Positions 32,268-46,611 of a stretch of 64,000 bases of DNA are shown one piece after another; position 1 is the stretch's first letter; the number at the start of each line of letters is the position of its first letter. Location: the NCBI RefSeq assembly GCF_009914755.1, contig NC_060940.1; one strand, given 5' to 3'. A program made the position numbers and the translations under genes. The notes beneath the pieces are model-generated. The model was not told the origin of the DNA, made no database searches, and worked only from the letters and a program-made list of their open reading frames with translations. The DNA is from the human T2T-CHM13v2.0 reference genome, Homo sapiens.

Positions 32268-32691
<424 letters not shown>

Positions 32692-33111
32692 CTAGCCTTC
32701 TCAAGAGCAGCTGGTCACCCCACCCCATAGCATAATCTTGTAATATGCTGCCACTTACACTCTACATCTTGAGGTTTCTGCCTCCCCAGTCGGGCTGTGA
32801 AAGAACAAAGTCAAGAATGATTCTGATTCAATATAATACCACGCCTATGACCTAATACTGTAGTTTTCAATAGATGTTTGCCGACTGGGTGAATGGTTCA
32901 GAAATTCAAAGTACTCCACCAGTGAAATACCTTAGAGATTGTATCAGTGGGAACTCATGGAACTGTCTTACTCTGAAATATACAATGTATTACCCATTTA
33001 AAAAAGCTCACACGCTTTCTGAGATTGTTAGAGTATTTGGAATGACAAAAGTAGTTGCTGATATTTGACTGATCACTTTGTGCCAAGCACTGTGCTAATC
33101 TCTTTAAATAA

Positions 33112-33414
33112 TTTTTTTTTTTTTTTCAGAGACGGGGTTTTGCTCTGTCACCCAGGCTGGAGTGCAGTGGCTCGATCATAGTTTATTATAGCCTCGAACT
33201 CCTGGGCTCAAGGGATACTCCCATCTCAGTCTCCCGAGTAGCAGGGACTACAGCTGTGCTCCACCGTGTAGGGCTAATTTCTAAATTTTTTGTTGAGACA
33301 GGGTCTTGCTGTGTTACCCAGGCTGGTCTCAAACTCCTGGGCTCAAGCGATCCTCCTGCCTCTGCCTCCCAAAGCGTTGGGATTACAGACATAAGGCATC
33401 ACATCATGCTCAGC
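33112..33414 (-). mobile_element. AluJ inserted in a MIR (about 33060-33520)
   Basis: Antisense Alu; MIR text on both sides. Confidence 0.9.
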
Positions 33415-34434
33415 TAAATAAATTTTCTCATTTAATCCTACCACCCTCCCTTTGAGGTAGGTGGCATTATCATTCCAGTTTTTCAGATTCTGACTCTGAG
33501 GCTCAGGAGGTAGTCTGCCCATGCAGAGAAAGAATAGGTCTGGAAGCCACTGCCCAGCCTGTAATCTTGATCTCTTTCCTGACTGTGTGTCTGGAGCAGA
33601 TTTGCAACAAAGAGCAGGGTGGTTTAGGACCTGTTTATTTTCATTCTAACTCAGGGTTTATACTGAGTTGGCTTCTTGCAGATGCTCTTTCAACCAGCCC
33701 CTGTTGAGCAGGTAAAACTGAACAAGGCTGTGATGAAGGCTCTGATGGGCTGCACATCATCACCCTGCCATCTGACAATATCATTCACCTCCAGAGCATT
33801 AGCTCAAACATGGTCCCTCCCTTTGTTTCTTAAATGTTCCCATTTTCTTTTACTTCCCCCTCTGTTTCCTCTTAACCAGCTGAGTGACAGAAACTCAATG
33901 CTGACCACTTCATTAGCCCATGATGACCTTGTGCCTCTGGCCTTTTGCCCTGCCTGCTCTCCTGGGCAGGTTGCCTTACGTCATAAGTCCTTGTTAAAGG
34001 TCAGGACCTCTGAGCCATCAGCACTGGGCATGTTGTTTTAATATATATCTAGAGAAATCAGGGCTGTCGGATCACATTAGGTCCTATTTGCAGACTGCAT
34101 GCCAATACCCGCCGTAGAGAAGAACTGTTACCTTTGAAATACAATCATGGCTAGTTACCAGTGAGTACAGAGGGGGGATTATATTCCATCAGTGAGGCCC
34201 TTGTAATCTGTTTCTCCCCCCATCGGCAGGGCCACCCTTCTTCCTGTACAGAGAAAATCCTTATAAACAGTAGTCACATAAAGCAGTGAGGCTAAGAGAT
34301 ACATTGTGTTTTTAAAACCAGATGCGTTAATGAGTGCATGACGGGTAGTGTGGAATGTGATAAGTCAATGCCGCAGGCGCTGGTGTGAATTGGCACAATG
34401 CTCTGGGGCTAGATGTTGATATGGTAATAAAATG

Positions 34435-34680
34435 ATAAAGTTAACAGCTACTATTCATTGAATGATTATAGGCACAAGACTAAGCATTTTATATGCACTA
34501 CCCTGTTTGAGAGTCATAATATCCTTATAGGTCAGATACTACTATGTCCATTTCATGGATGGAGAAACTGACGTCCAGAAAGGCCCAGTGATTGGTCCAT
34601 ATTAACAAGGCCATTAAGTGATGGGGATGAAACGGACTCCAAAGCTGCTCCTAATCCCCAGGCTTCCATGATTCTGCCAG
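34435..34680 (-). mobile_element. MIR
   Basis: catttcatggatggagaaactga core. Confidence 0.72.
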
Positions 34681-35464
34681 GATACAATTTGGTCTCTTCT
34701 TTCAGGTGGAGTTTTAGGTGGTGCTTAAGTAGAACCATATTGCCATTTCCCTTCTAGGGAGGGGCCTCAAATATGTCACTTGACCCAACAGATTTTTTTT
34801 TTTTAACTGAGTCTGAGAATAAGCCAACCTTGTTTCCCCCCTTTCTTCTCTAGGATTGGTTTAAGCTCATTCTCACATCTCATGGGAGTCTGGTTGGACG
34901 GATCCCTTGACGGAGGTTAGAAATAGCTCTCATAGCCTATTTTTAAGGAAAGCATGACGTTAGAAAATGAGGCAGAAATGGACCCCGAGAAGAGAAGAGA
35001 ACTCACCAGGCTAGAGAATAGGGTCAACTTCTAACGAAGCCTTCACCAAGAAATGCTCAGAGACGAGAAGTGGGAAGATTGACAAAGATAACATTGGCAG
35101 AGACATAGTAGGGTGGGTGAAATTGCTTTTTTCTTCTTCCTTCACCCGGACAGCATATTTCTGTCACATTCATTGTGTTTTGCCCACAGAAAGCTCAGCC
35201 AGGAAAGGTAAATGCTGTTGTCTTGCAGCAAACCCACTTTTCTAACTAGAGAAATACGGCCCGAAAAATGCACACAGAAATGCCTGCTTATCTCTTTCTT
35301 GAAACCCCAGGCACACTGCAGAGGTGTCTAGTAACACTGCAATTTCCTTTGAACTGTTTGGTTTTGTTTGGTGTCCTTGTCTGGCTGGTTAGTCTTTTTT
35401 GACTGCGTTAACTCACCTGGTATAACATTTTCTTTCATTGAGAAACAAGAAAGCTGGAACTCAC

Positions 35465-35494
35465 CTCTCTAATTCCGGCAAAGCTGGACACCAT
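35465..35494 (-). CDS. C16orf47: First coding segment (MVSSFAGIRE) of a 133-aa spliced putative protein
   Basis: ATG at 35494-35492 with an in-frame TAA upstream in the same exon; ends at strong donor GAG|GTGAGT, phase 0. Peptide recalled as the C16orf47 N-terminus. Confidence 0.8.
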
Positions 35495-35544
35495 CCAATA
35501 GCGCTAGGCTAGACTTCTGGGGGTTGTAACTTATATCTTCCGAG
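35465..35544 (-). other. C16orf47: 80-nt internal exon (50 nt 5'UTR + 30 nt CDS)
   Basis: Acceptor tttttgtcctttcttttcttcttcag|CTC at 35545/35544 and donor GTGAGT from 35464. Confidence 0.85.
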
Positions 35545-36999
35545 CTGAAGAAGAAAAGAAAGGACAAAAACACGGTTGGGGAGATGTTTGGCAAACCTTC
35601 GCAGGCCAAGTGGCTAATGAATGATTCTCCCATTGCTTTTCACTTATTTTTCTTAAATAAGATTTCTTTCTAGGGTGAGGGTTTATTCAAGTCACCCCCT
35701 TGTCGGCCAGTATCAAGGCAAATGACACAGTTCCCTGTATTCACTTATGTTTCCTAGGCTATAGAAAAGCACATTCTTGAACTGGGAAAGGCATTTTTAA
35801 AAATGAAACTCAGGGCAGCCAACCTCAAGACAGCATCTGATATTAATTAAAAATCATAAAACACTCTAAGTCGAACTAAAGAAATATTGGTAGCGGGATC
35901 AGGACAAGGATGAGGGAAATTGAAAGTGAAATCTTGTACTCATGGAATTCTCCTGGCCACCGCATTTCTCCCCGTCTATCCCAGGGAAAGGATTCAAATG
36001 GTGTTAACTACTGAACACTTGCCTCGTTTTCCATTCCTCTTTCCCTGGGTAGCTGCGGTGAGTTGGCTGCCGAGATGTAGCCCTGAACCTATCCATCAAG
36101 TCTAAGGAAGAGAGAGTTAGAAAGGCAAACATTATCTGGAATCAATATCTTTACAAATCCAAAGGAAACCCCAGCTCCCGAAGGGTTAAGCCAGGGAAGG
36201 AAAAGCCATCAGGCTGTTTAGTGAGCTAATGTTTTTATTGATGGGGGAAGCCTTTAAGTCCCTAACAGGAAAAGTGGGGAAAGTGGCAGATTGTTTGGCT
36301 GGGGAGAAAGGAGACGGGAAGGAACATTATACACCACGCTGTGTCCTACTCCACGTATTCAGACCCCTGAAACCCAACGAATGCAGAAGACATTCCCTAA
36401 CCTTGAATAATATTCAGCCCAAGGTGTTTTCCTCTCTCCTACCCGCCCCTCCCCGCAAAGTGGAATCCACATCTTCCCCTAACAACTTGGCTATAATGCA
36501 CATCTCTTGGCTAATGCCTGCACTGAAGAGCATATCTTAATTGAACAACTGTGTTATAAAGCACATCTCAAGCTGACATTCCTGGGATAATCCATATTTC
36601 AACCTAACTACCCTGGCATAACACTTCAATCTAATTCCCCCACTGTAAAGTACATTGCAATCTAACACCCTCATATAATGTACATTTCAGTCCATTATTT
36701 TGTATTTTGTAAGCCATATTTTGACACGTCTTTTCCATTAAGGAGCAGAACTGTCTGGTGACAACGGCTATCCCTGTGCTGAAAGCCCCCATGGTTTGTA
36801 CATCGTCCTGTGGTGACAGGCTGCTGATGGACACGCTTCTGAACTTTCACCTTTGCCATCTTAGGTTCAACTCGGGCTTGTTTCTGTACTTCAAGCTCAA
36901 GCCTCCTGTTGGGGGAGCAGGGGTGACCAGAGAGCCCTGCTCGGTCCTGGCCAGCTTTCTCTCAAGCTGACCAGCAGGTCGGGCCACCTCACATGATCA

Positions 37000-37077
37000 A
37001 AGTCAGGGGTCAGGGTGTAGCCAATGTCAGGGTCCAATGCCAGGGGCCAATGTCAGGGTCAGAGGTCAGGGTGTAGC
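37000..37077 (+). promoter_or_regulatory. Candidate composite element: 3x13-bp CCAAT/TGTCA unit flanked by DR1-type nuclear receptor sites
   Basis: ccaatgtcagggt ccaatgccagggg ccaatgtcagggt; GGGTCA-G-AGGTCA at 37056-37068. Confidence 0.4.
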
Positions 37078-37860
37078 TGCTGGCTAATAGAGTGTCAGCT
37101 AACACTGTTGTCAAATTGCTGGGCTAAAAGACAATGGCAGCCTCCTGCGGAGGACCTTACCCTGGGGGGAGGGGGCGATTGGCTTTATTGGAAACCTGCC
37201 AGTCTCAGAGGTGATGGAAGTGGCTGATCACAGCTAAAGACTGTTTGATTGTTGATGGAGAGCCAGTTCTGTGGTTGGTCCCTAACTGAAAGGCCTGCAG
37301 AGCCGCTTATTGATGACTGAGTTTTCCACTTATGATGGATTTCTCTTCTGTTTCACATGCAGCTGGATTTCCATTCAGTCATGGAGGTGGATTGCGGTGA
37401 CGCATGGCCACAGACTTTTCTGGAACTGAGAGCTATGAGAGGTGATACCGTCACTGACTTCTGGGAAGGCACCAACCTCGTATTGTCTGTTGAATGGGGC
37501 TGATTGGTTCTTGAAATGAAACCAATCCAGAATGAATTGAAAAATAGATATAAGAGGTCCTGCAAGTCCAAGACAGTTCAGCGAACATAAAAAGAAGGCA
37601 ATCAATGTGTTCTGGAAGAGATTTAGTATTCTAACTATCAATAGCCCAGCCTCAAATTTTCCACCTATCTCAGGCAGGGGAAAGAAATTAGATTTCTTTA
37701 TCTACTGGTGGCATATAACCAGGCTAGTAGTGCCATTAAATATTTGATGAAAACGAGGTTACAAAACTGGAAGAATTCCAAAATTTCCCAAGATAGTATG
37801 AATTTAAGAGAGACAAAAACAGGAGGAGGAAAACAAAGTATAGAGATAAAAAATGATCTG

Positions 37861-38193
<333 letters not shown>

Positions 38194-38344
38194 CTAATAC
38201 AAACCCCCAATGCAGCCTCTGCTAAGACAGACAATAAACAACTAGAAAGCATGAATGGGAGAACGGCTTGTTGAAATTGCAAGGTTATTCTCCTCTTGAG
38301 TTATGCCTTGAGAAAACCATATGAACATGGCAGTACTAGTTTTT

Positions 38345-38671
38345 TAAACTCTTTTCTTTCTTTTTATTTTTTAATTAATTATTATTATTATTTTTTGAGA
38401 CAGTGTTTTGCTCTGTTGCCAGGCTGGAGTGCAGTGCCACAATCCTGCAAACTTGACCTCCCAGGCTCAAGCAATCCTCTCATCTCAGCCTCCCAAATAG
38501 CTGGGACTACAGGCGCCACCACCAAGCCCAGCTAATGTTTTTGTATTTTTTGTAGATGTGGAATTTCGCCATGTTGCCCAGGCTGGTCTCGAACTCCTGG
38601 GCTCAAGCCATCCACCTGCCTTGGCCTTCCAAAAGTGCTAGAATTACAGACGTGAGCCACCGTGCCTGGCT
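38345..38671 (-). mobile_element. AluJ
   Basis: TSD ggcagtactagtt/ggtagtactagtt. Confidence 0.9.
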
Positions 38672-39054
38672 GGTAGTACTAGTTCTTAAGCCTCTTATTA
38701 ATAGAAGTAGTAAAACATCCTAGGGAGAAAAGTGAGGTTGGGAAATGAACTGGAATTGTTTTTCTTGGAAAAGAACAGGTTAAAGGTGACATCAATGACC
38801 TTCCACTGTATTCCATTGTAGGATAAGCCATGTTGCTTTGGCCATGCCAATATGGTATGATGGCATATGGGGAGACGTTGGCATGACTCGAGGTACTACT
38901 TCTACCTCTTTAAGCCTGTTTTCTTCATTGTTAAAGGGGATCATGCCATCCACCCAACACAGGTACAACGGGGATGAATTTGGATGTAGAACTGTTAGAC
39001 TGTTAGACAAATTCAACCTTCAAAACACAGCAGTTTCCTTTTGCCTTAAACCAC

Positions 39055-39741
<687 letters not shown>

Positions 39742-39747
39742 TTAGCC

Positions 39748-39970
39748 CAGAGCTTAGCAAGCTATGGCTGGCAGGCTAAATTTTGCCCATGGCCCACTAT
39801 TGTAAATAAAGTTTTATTGGAACGCAGCCACACTCATTCATTTATGTATTGTCTATGATTCTTTCTGCACCACGACAGCAGAGTTGACTTGTTATGACAG
39901 AGACAGCATGGCTTGTGAAGCCTAACATATTTACCATTTGGCCCTTTATAGTAAACGTTTGCCAGCCCTG
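39748..39970. mobile_element. MER58A (hAT-Charlie)
   Basis: gtaaataaagttttattggaac...gtttgccagccctg. Confidence 0.88.
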
Positions 39971-40268
39971 ACCTACAACAATGGAACACTCTTTCCTTTG
40001 TTTAAAACTAAAATCTTATGTGGAAATTCAATATGCAAAGCAGGTTCAAGAAACAAATATTTCCCCAGGAAGCTGAACTCTTCCTTGTTTGGCAGAAATA
40101 ATCTATGGTTGGTAGAAATTCTACAGCAATTTCCATGGTTCCATGCAGCAATTTGAAAACTATGAACTGGATAATCTCTGGATACTTCTTTAAGGTCCTA
40201 GAAACTCAGTAATTTCTTCAGAGATTAAAGAATGGCCGCAAATGCGCCTTCGTCTGGCAAATGCTGGG

Positions 40269-40304
<36 letters not shown>

Positions 40305-40830
40305 ATTATCTGTGTGATGTTGGGAGGGTTACTGAACTTCTCTGTGCTTCCATTTCCTCATTTTAAAAATAAAGAAAGTTGGGTTGGGCATGGTGGCTCA
40401 CGTCTATAATCTCAGCACTTCAGGAGGCTGAGGCAGGCAGATCGCCTGAGGTCAGGAGTTCAAGATCAGCCTGGCCAACATGGAGAAACCCTGTTTCTAA
40501 TAAAAATACAAAAATTAGTCAGGTGTGGTGCCATGAGCCTGTAGTCCCAGCTACTCAGGAGGCTGAGGCAGTAGAACCATTTGAACCTGGGAGGTGGAGG
40601 CTGCAGTGAGCCTAGATGGTACCGCTGCACTCCAGCCTAGGCGACAGAGCAAGACTCCATCTCAAAACAAAACAAGAGGATGATTGTATTTGCTTCACAA
40701 TTTGTTGTAAGAATTAAATGAGATTATATATATATTTTATATATATATAAAGTGCTATATATATAAATAGAGCACTTAAAATAGGGCCTGGCTCATAGTG
40801 CTCAGTAAATGTCAGCAATTATTGTTGATA
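40305..40830 (+). mobile_element. MIR split by an Alu
   Basis: MIR core at 40305-40370, 3' part at 40680-40830. Confidence 0.7.
40383..40675 (+). mobile_element. AluS
   Basis: Full-length Alu. Confidence 0.92.
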
Positions 40831-41088
40831 TTTTATATAATTACATTAATATTATAGACTATTATCAACAGATATTATACTTTATTAATAAATGCCAATA
40901 TATTTTACTTTATATTATATTATATTTTATCCTATTAATTATATTCATATTGTCATTACTATATTTTATATTATAATATTATTTTATATTGACATTACAT
41001 AATATTATCAGCAGATATTATACTTTATTAATATTAATGTCATTAATATAATATTTTGTTATATTAATAAAAATTATTGTTATTAACA
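40830..41088. repeat. AT-rich low-complexity tract
   Basis: Very high AT content with an internal 31-bp direct repeat. Confidence 0.85.
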
Positions 41089-42019
41089 TGTGGGGCCTTC
41101 ATTCATGCTGTAGAGATCACTTCCATATTATTCTAAATATCCCTAATGACATTTCCACTTATTAGTTAATTAATTCAGTTGGCCACTCACTCCACACATC
41201 TGTTGTGTGCCAAAGTAATCAGGAAATGAACCAAAGTCCATGCGCTACCAGCTGCACGTCTAGTCCTCTCTTGCTCAGTCATTTTCGGCACTTTGCGTTG
41301 GTGTTTATTGCTCTACATCTTCTGCGGCGTTTCAGAGTGACACCACTGCTCAAAACAACTTCCTACTACTCCGTCTCTGACTGCTCCACAATTAATTTTT
41401 CAACTAGCAGTTTGGTTTCAATGCTTACAAAGTAATTAGACCTTAAAGGCTCTTTACCTGGATTTTATCCTGTCAGCGAATGTGAAAGAAACAATAATTA
41501 TTATTTAATATTTATTGTCTTCATTGTGCTATGTAGACTCACAGATGTAACCTGCCTTATTGTTGAAGATGACAGCAGAGTGCAGGCAGGTGTGTCTGGA
41601 GAAGTAGTCAGACCGCTTTGGAGGCCCAAGTTCTCAGATGCTTCCATCTGACACCTGCGCAGTCAAAGGACACATTTTGGGTTGAGTGGTTCCTAATTTG
41701 TTATCCCTAAGTTTTCATTTTCTACAGTTTGATTCCAGAATGGTCGTTTCCAAAGATGACATTCAATGATTTCTTGTACCAAGCAGACGGAGCTTTTGGG
41801 GGAGTTACATTTTCCACCACTGTCAACAGAAGAGTAGAACAGACACAACCGCAGATGCTGCTGGATGGAGGCTCCAGGCCCCTTTGGATTCACTCTTCCC
41901 CCACCACAGACTGGTTCAGGTTGTCCAGACCAAGGTGCATAGGGGCTGGCCAGAGTGGTAGGTGGACAATGTCATCTACTGGCTGCTAAGAATGTTATCC
42001 CTGTAGTTTGGGGCTGGTG

Positions 42020-42250
42020 TGGCTCAGTAATCAAATGTGTGAGCTTCTTTGAAGTAAGATGGCCCTGGGTTCAAGTCCTGCTCCTGCCCCTTCCCAGCAG
42101 ATGACCTTTGCCAAGTTACTTCCCACTGTCAGCCTCAGTGTGTCCTCATCAATAAATGAAAGTAACAATAACTACCTCACACATTGTTTTCCATATCAAA
42201 TAAAATAAATACACAGCAAGTGGCAGCTGTTGTAATTATATTATTATAAT
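42020..42250 (+). mobile_element. MIR
   Basis: ctgggttcaagtcctgct...tgacctttgccaagttactt. Confidence 0.78.
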
Positions 42251-42429
42251 AGAAAAGAAATAGAACCCATAGTTTCTGTTTTGGAGTGCCTTAGAAGATA
42301 ACAGGATATAAACATAAAAGCATGAAATCACCTTGAAAAACATTTACACGTCTTCATCTATATAATGTAAACTAAAAGAGTAGTTAAAAGCCAGGGGTAT
42401 CAGAGTGACTGGTGGACATGATTTGCTCT

Positions 42430-42560
42430 CATGATTTGGTGTAAATAAATTGCAAACTCCCGGATGACAGAGCCTGTATACATCTTTGTATCTCCAGCAC
42501 TTTCTAGCAAAGAATCTTGTACATTTTAACCCTTAACATGTGTCTGTTGAACTAAGTTGA
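42430..42560 (+). mobile_element. L2 3' end
   Basis: tctttgtatctccagcac...tgttgaact. Confidence 0.55.
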
Positions 42561-42689
42561 ACTGGATTTCTTTGTAAATTCAGTAGAATTCTACCAAAAA
42601 TAATCACTGGCACAACTCAAGTGTGCGCGCAGATAAGAAACATGAATACAGTGTTGAAACCGGCATCACTCAAACAAAAACAAAACAGG

Positions 42690-42985
42690 AAGTCTTACAC
42701 AGAATGGGCAATATTATTTGGCAATAAAAAGGAATAAATGAATGCTACCATGTAGAAGAACCTTGAAATCATGCTAAATGAAAGAAGCCAGTCACAAAAA
42801 ACCACACACTGAATGATTCTATTTATATCAAATGTCCACAACACAAAAATTCATAGAGACAGAAAATAGATGAGTGATTGCTAAGGGCGACCAAACCCCC
42901 AACTTTTTTGCATATCTGTATTGTATATAATTTCTATAATGAATTTATATTACTTTGGAAGGAGGTAAATGTTATTAAAATAAAA
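42690..42985 (+). mobile_element. L1MC/ME 3' fragment
   Basis: atgctaaatgaaagaagccagtcacaaaa...atagagacagaaaatagatgagtgattgc. Confidence 0.78.
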
Positions 42986-44349
42986 CGTACAACACAAAAA
43001 GTGGTGAGGGACATGGAGGGAAGGGGAGACTTGGTTACTGAGGTCAGGCATCTCAGAGGGGAAAGGAAGGTGTGTGGGGGTTGGAGAAGGCTTCCTCGTT
43101 GGGAAAGGAATGTTGCATGTAGAGAACAGCATTCTGTAGCAGGAATGAAAGGGGGAACCAGTCAGAGGCAGGTTGGAGGAAGGCCTTGAGGAACTGTGAG
43201 AAGGATCTGGGTCTGATATCAGGATACAGAGGCTGCCTCCTGCTCGGTGGGAAAGAATGTCGTGATTGATTGGTGATACCTGCCCGGGCATAGGAATGGG
43301 CAGTGATGAATCAATGCCACACACTTTCTACTCCTCCAGGAGCCTTCATTCTGCAGGTGCCCGAGAAATAAAAACACATTTAGGTCTGTCCTACGTGTTG
43401 AGGTCTGACGAAGTAGAGTTGGAGATCTAATCTGAATTCCTCTAAATTCCCATGAAAATATTCCAATCTCCATGGGTTCCTTGAGTCAAATTCAGGAAGA
43501 ATTCACGTGATAACACTGACCTTGCCGGGGGCTACACAAAGAAAAGTGAACTTTCTATTTCCAGCATTATATCAGTTAAAAGAAGAATGCAAAAAACAAA
43601 AAAAAAAAAAGAGAGAAAGAAAGAAAAGACCCACCCCCACCCCACCCACACAGAAAAAAACAGAAAAGGAGAGGGGCGGAGAAGAGAGCTGGGAAGGGGG
43701 TTTGGAACCTCTGGGCCCTATCAGTTACTGAGAAGCCACTCTGTGGAGGAGACACGCAAGCTTCCATCCCTAAGACATTTCCCTCACTCCAACAAGATAT
43801 TTTCAGTACATCCCAGGCACCAAATAACTGCTCATATGTCCCGAACGATGATGAATTCATTCAAACAACAAGTCAAGACCCTGGATATCACTCAACTCCA
43901 GTCAGTCATAACAGCTGACAAATAAAAAATATAATATACAGCCTGTTAGTTCTGCTTTTCCTCATCTTCAATATGCAGATTCAAGAATCGCATTCTATTC
44001 CCAGCTGTCAGAGACGGTGACAGTTGTGGGGAGTTTTCTAGCTTTATCAAGGAAGATTATTTTTAACCCAAATTATTTTCCATTGTCAATGTTTAAATCC
44101 ATATTAAGTCCAGATTAATGCAGGAAGTAGCTTCAAAGGATATTGACTGAGGGAGAAATAATAATAAATGAAATTATTAAGGACAGGGCCCATTTCAAGG
44201 AACATTTTCAGAGTAGAAAAGAAAGTTGTTTAGATTTAAATGATAACTAAAGAAAATATGTTTCTTAGGGATTGCTGGCTCTTTTCACAAACACCCAAAC
44301 TTTGTATACAAACTAGGGGCCTGTAGCATTTTTCTTTCTTTTTTTTTTC

Positions 44350-44670
44350 TCACGTGATTGGAATTAATAATGCAGATAAATCCTAAATAAATCAGGATTA
44401 GTGTTAACCACATCTTGAGGTTTAGGATGCTATAGGAAAATGAAAAGAGAGAGAGAGAAAAAAAATGAGTTGCTTAAAAAAAAAAAAAAAAGCCCTGGCC
44501 TGGGCTACCGGGGTGAGGAGGGGAGAGAAGGGGGCTGGGGGGAAGGGAGGGGAGTAATCGCGAGAAGAGAGGGCCAGCTGAGCCGGGTAATCAAAGCCCT
44601 TCTAATCGCTGCAGCTCTGGAGATGTGTTCAAAGGCTCTTTCCTGACCACAGGCTGAGCCGGGTCACAAG
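44350..44670. promoter_or_regulatory. Candidate enhancer/promoter with clustered TAATC motifs and a G-quadruplex
   Basis: GGATTA 44395, TAATCG 44555, TAATCA 44588, TAATCG 44603, CACGTG 44351; six G-runs at 44510-44552. Confidence 0.45.
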
Positions 44671-44999
44671 TGAAATGCAGTTGCTGCGAAGGGGGAGGGG
44701 TGTCTGGAATTTTTGGATGGTTTTGCTATCAGGCTTTGTTAGGAGGAGGTCAGCTGGGTTGTCAGATTTTAGCATCTCCTCAGGAAGCAGGTTAAACTCT
44801 CTGGTTGTTAGGGAGAGACCCTCTCCTACCCCTCCAGCCCCACCACCCCAAACCACTTGCCAAACCAGTGAAGAAAGGGAACATGGAAGCCTGGATGTTC
44901 ATTCCCAACTGGAAAGTTTCTCCCAGAGCTCTCAACTTTGGATGTAAGAATCATCTTCGATAAATAATTGCACCTTGGGATGAATTTTGTAATTTAAGT

Positions 45000-45130
45000 T
45001 TATTTTATGTTTTTAGAGACAAGGTGTCTCCCTACGTTGCCTAGGCTGATCTCAAACTCCGGCTCAAAGACTCAAAGAAGCCTCCTGCCTCCGTCTCCCA
45101 AAGTGCTGGGATTACAGCCACACCTAGCCT
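45000..45130 (-). mobile_element. FLAM/AluJ monomer
   Basis: Antisense left arm. Confidence 0.8.
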
Positions 45131-45353
45131 TGGGGTGAATTTTAATGAAGCCCTTTAGATCCTTGATATTTTTCTGCACTGGAGTCATTGAAAATGGCCT
45201 CAACACATTAACTCCAGGTTCTGTCCCCTTCCTTCCCTTGTGTGAGCCCTAAAGGCTGCAGGTGAGGAAGACTTGGGTCCTTTCCCTCTGGTCACCATTA
45301 CGGGCTTTAATTTTCAGTAAATAAATATCTCTTAAGTTTAAGGGAAGAAATAA

Positions 45354-45718
<365 letters not shown>

Positions 45719-46611
45719 TCAAAACAAGCATTCTTAACCCCAAATCACACGTCTGCAGAGATTCTGGCTGTCAACGTGATGCTGGGGTGAAGGCGACCAT
45801 TGCGAAAATGTGCAATCTTTGGTCGGCATCTCAGTCCAGATGGACTCAGTGATTGTCTTGCTTTCTCACTTCCCTTGGGTATTGCAGAACTGCAGCCCCT
45901 GGGATTTGGCATCCACGTGACATGGCTCCTTGCTGAGGCCTGCTTCCGATGGCCTTTCTTCGGTCAATGCACAGATCTCAGTGTTGTCTTAATCTTCAAG
46001 CAACCAGGCTGGTCTGAAGTTTTTCAGAAGTTTTGGAGTTTGGAGAGATCATGTCTCCCATCTGTTTCCTGTTCCGTTTTTCTGTACTTCCTCTTCTTTC
46101 TCCTGCACCAGTGACTGGGCACAGGCGGCCACTGGACAGTCACTCCCTGTCTGCAATAACCAGAGTCTCTACTGATGATTCCGTTATCCTTGCAGGTCTG
46201 TCACTCAGTCTCCCCCAAGACACACTAAAATGGAAAGAAATGAATGACTTGGGGGTGGGCGGCTTTTCTTGCAGCCCAGGATGAAGCTCTTTCACAATCC
46301 TCAGGGCATTTGTGGTGACTCTGCAGTAGGTTTAAGTCCAGAGAATGCAACATACATTTTAGGGACTCTTGATAGTTACTATGGTAATTTGAGGCTTTGA
46401 AAAATAGAAATATGTTCTGGGGAAAAAGTGGACATTACATCAGATGCAAAATGCTCAACCTTCAAGAGCTTCATACTACTAAAGATGGGTGAAGAAAGGA
46501 GGAGATGTTTGTGGTGAAGGCCATTAAAAAAATCAAAAGCAAAGATTGTGAAAATAAACAAGCATAAATTGGATTCCAGCATAAAGATAAAGAAAGATAT
46601 TTTTGGGATTA

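Noticed and set aside
33660-35215. Plus-strand splice-like signals (acceptors near 33680 and 34853, donors near 33711 and 35207) suggesting an antisense lncRNA
   Set aside because: Isolated motifs with no linking frame or other support; such matches are frequent by chance.
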